DNA from: an uncultured Filomicrobium sp.
GTDB taxonomy: Bacteria; Pseudomonadota; Alphaproteobacteria; Rhizobiales; Hyphomicrobiaceae
Length of the DNA: 32,000 nt
NCBI GenBank assembly: GCA_963669235.2
Contig: CAXXFS010000008.1
Span: 266,945 to 298,944, forward strand
Reading direction: 5' to 3'
Shown here in pieces: positions 28,611 to 32,000 of the stretch. Under the pieces are notes generated by a model. That model had not been told where the DNA came from. It ran no database searches and saw only the letters and a list, made by a program, of their open reading frames with translations. Position 1 is the stretch's first letter; every line of letters starts with the position of its first letter. The position numbers were made by a program, and so were the translations under genes.

Positions 28611-29846
28611 CTAGCTGCGATAGTCCGCGTTGATCGAAATGTAGCGGTGAGTGAGGTCGCAGGTCCATACGTGATCCTGGCCCGTGCCGACACCAACATC
28701 GACGCAGATTTCAATCTCGGGGGATTTCATGTAGGCGGCCGCCGCGGCTTCATCGTAGTTCGGGTCGCGCTCGCCCTGCTGGGCGAGAAGGTGCTCACCG
28801 AAGTGGATTGCAACACTGTCGCGATCAACGGCCTCACCAGATTTTCCGATGGCCATAATGACCCGCCCCCAGTTTGGGTCTTCTCCGGCGATTGCGGTTT
28901 TGACCAATGGCGAGTTCGCGATCGCGAATGCGATGCGCCGGGCCGCCTGGTCGGTTTCGGCGCCCGATACAGCAACCGTGACGAACTTCGTCAGTCCTTC
29001 TCCGTCCTTGACGATCTGCTGGGCCAATTCGCGCATGTTGTCAGCTAGAGTGGTTGCAAAGTCAGCAAACTCAGGCGCTTCGGCGGAATTGATACGTGCA
29101 ATCCCGCGGTCCGGTGCTTTGCCGGTCGCAAAGACAAGGACGGTATCGCTTGTTGAGGTGTCGCTATCGACGGTGATGCGATTGTAGGTGTCTTGCGCAA
29201 TTGAGAGCACCGCCTGTTGAAGCAGCGCGCGGTCTATTTGGGCGTCTGTGAAGTGAAAGCCGAGCATCGTTGCCATATCAGGTGCAATCATGCCGGAGCC
29301 TTTGGCGATGCCGGCGATGGGCAGCGTGTGCGCCGAATGGGCGGCGAACTTTGGATAGGTGTCAGTCGTCATGATGGCTTCGGCGGCGTCCAGCCAGGCC
29401 GAGCTCCTGGCGCCTTTCGCGAGTTCTTCCAAGAGGTGCGCGAATTTGCCGGTTTCGAGCGGTTCGCCGATGACGCCGGTTGAGGCGATGTAGACTTCCT
29501 CGGGCTGACAACCGACGGCCTGTGCGGCGGCTTCAGCGGTAATCCTCACGGCATCCGCGCCGCGCTTGCCGGTAAATGCGTTGGCGTTGCCGGAATTGAC
29601 CACGAGCGCCCGAGCGCGGCCATGTTTGAGCTGTTCGGCGCACCAGTCGACGGCAGCCGAGCGGGTCTTTGACTGTGTCAGTACACCCGCAGCCACGGTG
29701 CCTGGTTCAAAGACGGCGAGCAACAGATCGTGCCGACCGTGGTATTTGATTCCCGCCTCGACTGTCGCCAGGCGTACGCCGGGTATTTCCGGCATGACGG
29801 GCGATGTTTCAGGCGCAAAAGGTGAGACGGGTCCATTCATGCCCAT
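28611..29846 (-). CDS. argJ: Bifunctional glutamate N-acetyltransferase / amino-acid acetyltransferase
   Basis: The autoprocessing-site context GMIAPDMATMLGF and the C-terminal YISINADYRS are present. 411 aa. Confidence 0.95.
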   Translation of the reverse strand: MGMNGPVSPFAPETSPVMPEIPGVRLATVEAGIKYHGRHDLLLAVFEPGTVAAGVLTQSKTRSAAVDWCAEQLKHGRARALVVNSGNANAFTGKRGADAVRITAEAAAQAVGCQPEEVYIASTGVIGEPLETGKFAHLLEELAKGARSSAWLDAAEAIMTTDTYPKFAAHSAHTLPIAGIAKGSGMIAPDMATMLGFHFTDAQIDRALLQQAVLSIAQDTYNRITVDSDTSTSDTVLVFATGKAPDRGIARINSAEAPEFADFATTLADNMRELAQQIVKDGEGLTKFVTVAVSGAETDQAARRIAFAIANSPLVKTAIAGEDPNWGRVIMAIGKSGEAVDRDSVAIHFGEHLLAQQGERDPNYDEAAAAAYMKSPEIEICVDVGVGTGQDHVWTCDLTHRYISINADYRS

Positions 29847-29866
29847 CTTCCGTTCGTTGCTAAGCT

Positions 29867-30826
29867 CTACTTCTTGTCTTTCGCGGCTTTTTCGGCGCCG
29901 GCGGGCTTAGCACCCTTTTGAGCATCCTGCATCTTCTTGAGCTGTTCGATGAACTGCTGCTGCTGAACAGCGGCCTTCTTCTGTTCTTCCTCGACCTGTT
30001 TTTGGATGCCGGCGTCAAGGTATTCGATCTTCGCGCCATCACGAAGCTGTTTGGCGACCGCCTGGGCCTTTTGGTGGATCATTCCATTGAGAATGCGATC
30101 CTTGACCTCATCGAACTTGGGAAGCGGCTTCTTGCGCTTCTCCTCGACCAGGATCAGGTGCCAGCCGAACCGGCTTTGGACAGGATCGGAGACCTCATTG
30201 GGTTCGATCGCAAAGGCGGCTTCTTCAAATTGCGGGACCATCTGGCCGCGGGAGAAAAAGCCGAGCAGACCACCGTTAGCCTTGGTGCCGGGGTCCTTTG
30301 AGTGCTCCTTGGCCAGTTCGGCGAATTCGCCGCCGCGATTGAGCTTTTCCTTGATGTCGCGGGCCTCTTCCTCGGTTCCGACCAGAATGTGGCGGGCTTT
30401 CACCTCTTCTTCCGGCTTCATGCCTTTGACGCGGTCGTCGAAGAATGTTTTTGCGGCCGCCTCGCTGACGGAGGATTTCACCTTGTTCTCAAAGAAAGTC
30501 TCACGTTTGGCGCGACGCTTGAAGTAGGCCAGATTGCGGTCGAGGTTGGGTGTCTTGGCTTTTTCCTTGTCGAGGGCATCGGCCATGAGCTGGGTCTCGA
30601 TCACGTATTCGACGAGCACCCGGCGGCGGGTGTCTGCCGCCAGGTTGCCGAGATCTGAACCGATCTCCGCCTCGGCCAAATTGACATCGCGCTCGGTGAT
30701 CTCATGACCGTTCACCTTAGCGATAATCGTGTTTTCAGAATCCTGCGCGATGGCTGGCGCAATTGCGCTCAGCCCTATGGCTGCGGTCAATGCGAGGGCG
30801 GCGATCGGGCTCGATTTAGTGCTCAT
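29867..30826 (-). CDS. Periplasmic parvulin-type peptidyl-prolyl cis-trans isomerase (SurA/PpiC-like) with a Lys-rich C-terminal tail
   Basis: Start trimmed to ATG 30826 (MSTKSSPIAALALTAAIGLSAIAPAIAQ signal peptide). Rotamase domain: VKARHILV...GGLLGFFSRGQMVPQFEEAAF...SRFGWHLILVEE. Confidence 0.85.
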   Translation of the reverse strand: MSTKSSPIAALALTAAIGLSAIAPAIAQDSENTIIAKVNGHEITERDVNLAEAEIGSDLGNLAADTRRRVLVEYVIETQLMADALDKEKAKTPNLDRNLAYFKRRAKRETFFENKVKSSVSEAAAKTFFDDRVKGMKPEEEVKARHILVGTEEEARDIKEKLNRGGEFAELAKEHSKDPGTKANGGLLGFFSRGQMVPQFEEAAFAIEPNEVSDPVQSRFGWHLILVEEKRKKPLPKFDEVKDRILNGMIHQKAQAVAKQLRDGAKIEYLDAGIQKQVEEEQKKAAVQQQQFIEQLKKMQDAQKGAKPAGAEKAAKDKK

Positions 30827-31246
30827 AGGTCTCGACTCGGTTGCGTTTAGACTGACATTCGGACTGCGCTGTTTGGCGCCATATGCTGCTGCAAATGGCG
30901 TTGGGCGGCCAATACATTCGCGGTTAGACCAGAGCGGCAGCGACCTGCCAAGTGAAGATTTGGACAGGCGGCGGGGCGATCTGGCGGGTGGCTGACGTTG
31001 GGACGCGTTGACAAGCCTCACCAGCGTTCCTTATTGCTGTGAAGCTGCAGTGCCGTGAGGCAACGCGGCGGTTTGAGTCGCGTCCTGCGTTCTCTACCCG
31101 TTCCCATCGAGGGTCATATTGATCTGGGAGAATGTCCAAAAGACATCGGACGCTGCGCCAGGGATGGCAGCGAATATGGGCCAACCGGTTAGACAAGCTC
31201 GATTGATGGTTCCACGGGGCCTGTTTCACGCATCACGAGGACATTG

Positions 31247-32000
31247 ATGCTTTCTCTCGGCACGATCGCTACTAAGATTTTCGGTTCCTCCAACGAACGC
31301 TTGGTGCGCAAGTTTCGCCCCAGGGTGGAGGCCATCAATGCGCTTGAAGAAGAGCTCGAAGCTCTGAGTGATGAGGAACTTCGAAGTCGCACGCAGATGT
31401 TCCGCCAGCAATTGCAGGAGGGCGCCAAACTCAATGACCTGCTGGTGCCGGCCTTTGCGACGGTGCGCGAAGCGGCGAAGCGAACCCTCGGCCAGCGCCA
31501 CTTCGATGTGCAGCTGATTGGCGGCATGGTGCTGAATAACGGCGATATCGCCGAGATGAAGACTGGTGAAGGCAAGACCCTTGTGGCGACGCTGCCGGTC
31601 TACCTTAACGCGCTGACACAGCGTGGTGTGCACGTGGTGACGGTCAACGACTACCTGGCCAGCCGTGACGCGGAATGGATGGGGCAGGTCTACAAGTTCC
31701 TCGGATTGACGGTTGGCTGCATAGTTCACGACCTCGATGATGAACAACGTAAGGCGCAGTATGCCTGCGATGTGACGTACGCGACCAACAACGAGCTCGG
31801 CTTCGACTACCTTCGCGACAACATGAAGATGAGCGCCGAGGAGATGGTGCAGCGCGGGCATGCCTACGCCATCGTGGACGAGGTCGACTCGATCCTGGTC
31901 GACGAAGCGCGAACGCCGCTCATTATTTCCGGGCCGGTCGAGGACAAGGCGGACCTCTACGTTGCGGCTGACAAGTTCATTCCGAAACTGAAGCCCGAAC
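31247..32000 (+). CDS. secA: Preprotein translocase ATPase SecA (5' part; continues beyond the window)
   Basis: My own translation from ATG 31247: [23 protein letters not shown]...[20 protein letters not shown]...[19 protein letters not shown]. It is absent from the ORF track because there is no stop codon inside the window. Confidence 0.95.
   Translation, partial: MLSLGTIATKIFGSSNERLVRKFRPRVEAINALEEELEALSDEELRSRTQMFRQQLQEGAKLNDLLVPAFATVREAAKRTLGQRHFDVQLIGGMVLNNGDIAEMKTGEGKTLVATLPVYLNALTQRGVHVVTVNDYLASRDAEWMGQVYKFLGLTVGCIVHDLDDEQRKAQYACDVTYATNNELGFDYLRDNMKMSAEEMVQRGHAYAIVDEVDSILVDEARTPLIISGPVEDKADLYVAADKFIPKLKPE

Noticed and set aside
30845-31194. The octamer GGTTAGAC occurs twice (30922, 31187), with a one-mismatch copy (30845), in the 420-bp PPIase/secA intergenic region.
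   Set aside because: The expected number of exact 8-mer pairs within 420 bp is about 1, so this is not statistically meaningful without conservation data.
1-32000. A search by eye for CRISPR arrays, IS/transposase/integrase genes, tRNA/rRNA genes, toxin-antitoxin pairs, and known defence or secondary-metabolite clusters.
   Set aside because: None found. There are no regularly spaced repeats, no recombinase-like ORFs and no structural RNA signatures. The window is dominated by syntenic housekeeping genes.

Overview
The window looks like an ordinary chromosomal core segment of a roughly 58-60% GC alphaproteobacterium. The gene order (dapF-mtaB-ftsY, dapB-gpmA, grxC / C-N hydrolase / DUF1178, argJ-mutT, PPIase divergent from secA) is Hyphomicrobiales/Rhizobiales-like; that assignment is inference, not a search result. 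About 35 genes are supported, mostly housekeeping: ffh, dapF, mtaB, ftsY, asd, leuB, gpmA, dapB, ppa, typA, grxC, argJ and the 5' end of secA. I found no rRNA, tRNA, CRISPR array, transposase, integrase or obvious defence island, and nothing that clearly amounts to a new multi-gene system. The points worth a second look are modest. (1) ffh is broken by a 1-nt indel in a C6 run, which puts the SRP-RNA-binding motif out of frame. (2) A bacterial Pif1-like helicase is divergently paired with a standalone 95-aa RyR-domain protein. (3) A roughly 2.7 kb islet of four uncharacterised, mostly exported proteins (DUF4174, DUF995-like, DUF3124, a 264-aa orphan) lies between asd and leuB. (4) A 454-bp ORF-poor, low-GC spacer contains a strong hairpin. 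(5) A comF gene between grxC and a methyltransferase has decayed. (6) Tandem yciB/ispZ paralogs sit in a markedly low-GC patch with atypical codon usage. (7) A perfect 20-bp palindrome lies upstream of leuB. Many ORF-track entries are N-terminally over-extended or are antisense shadow ORFs; I trimmed starts using Shine-Dalgarno (SD) context and family-typical N-termini.
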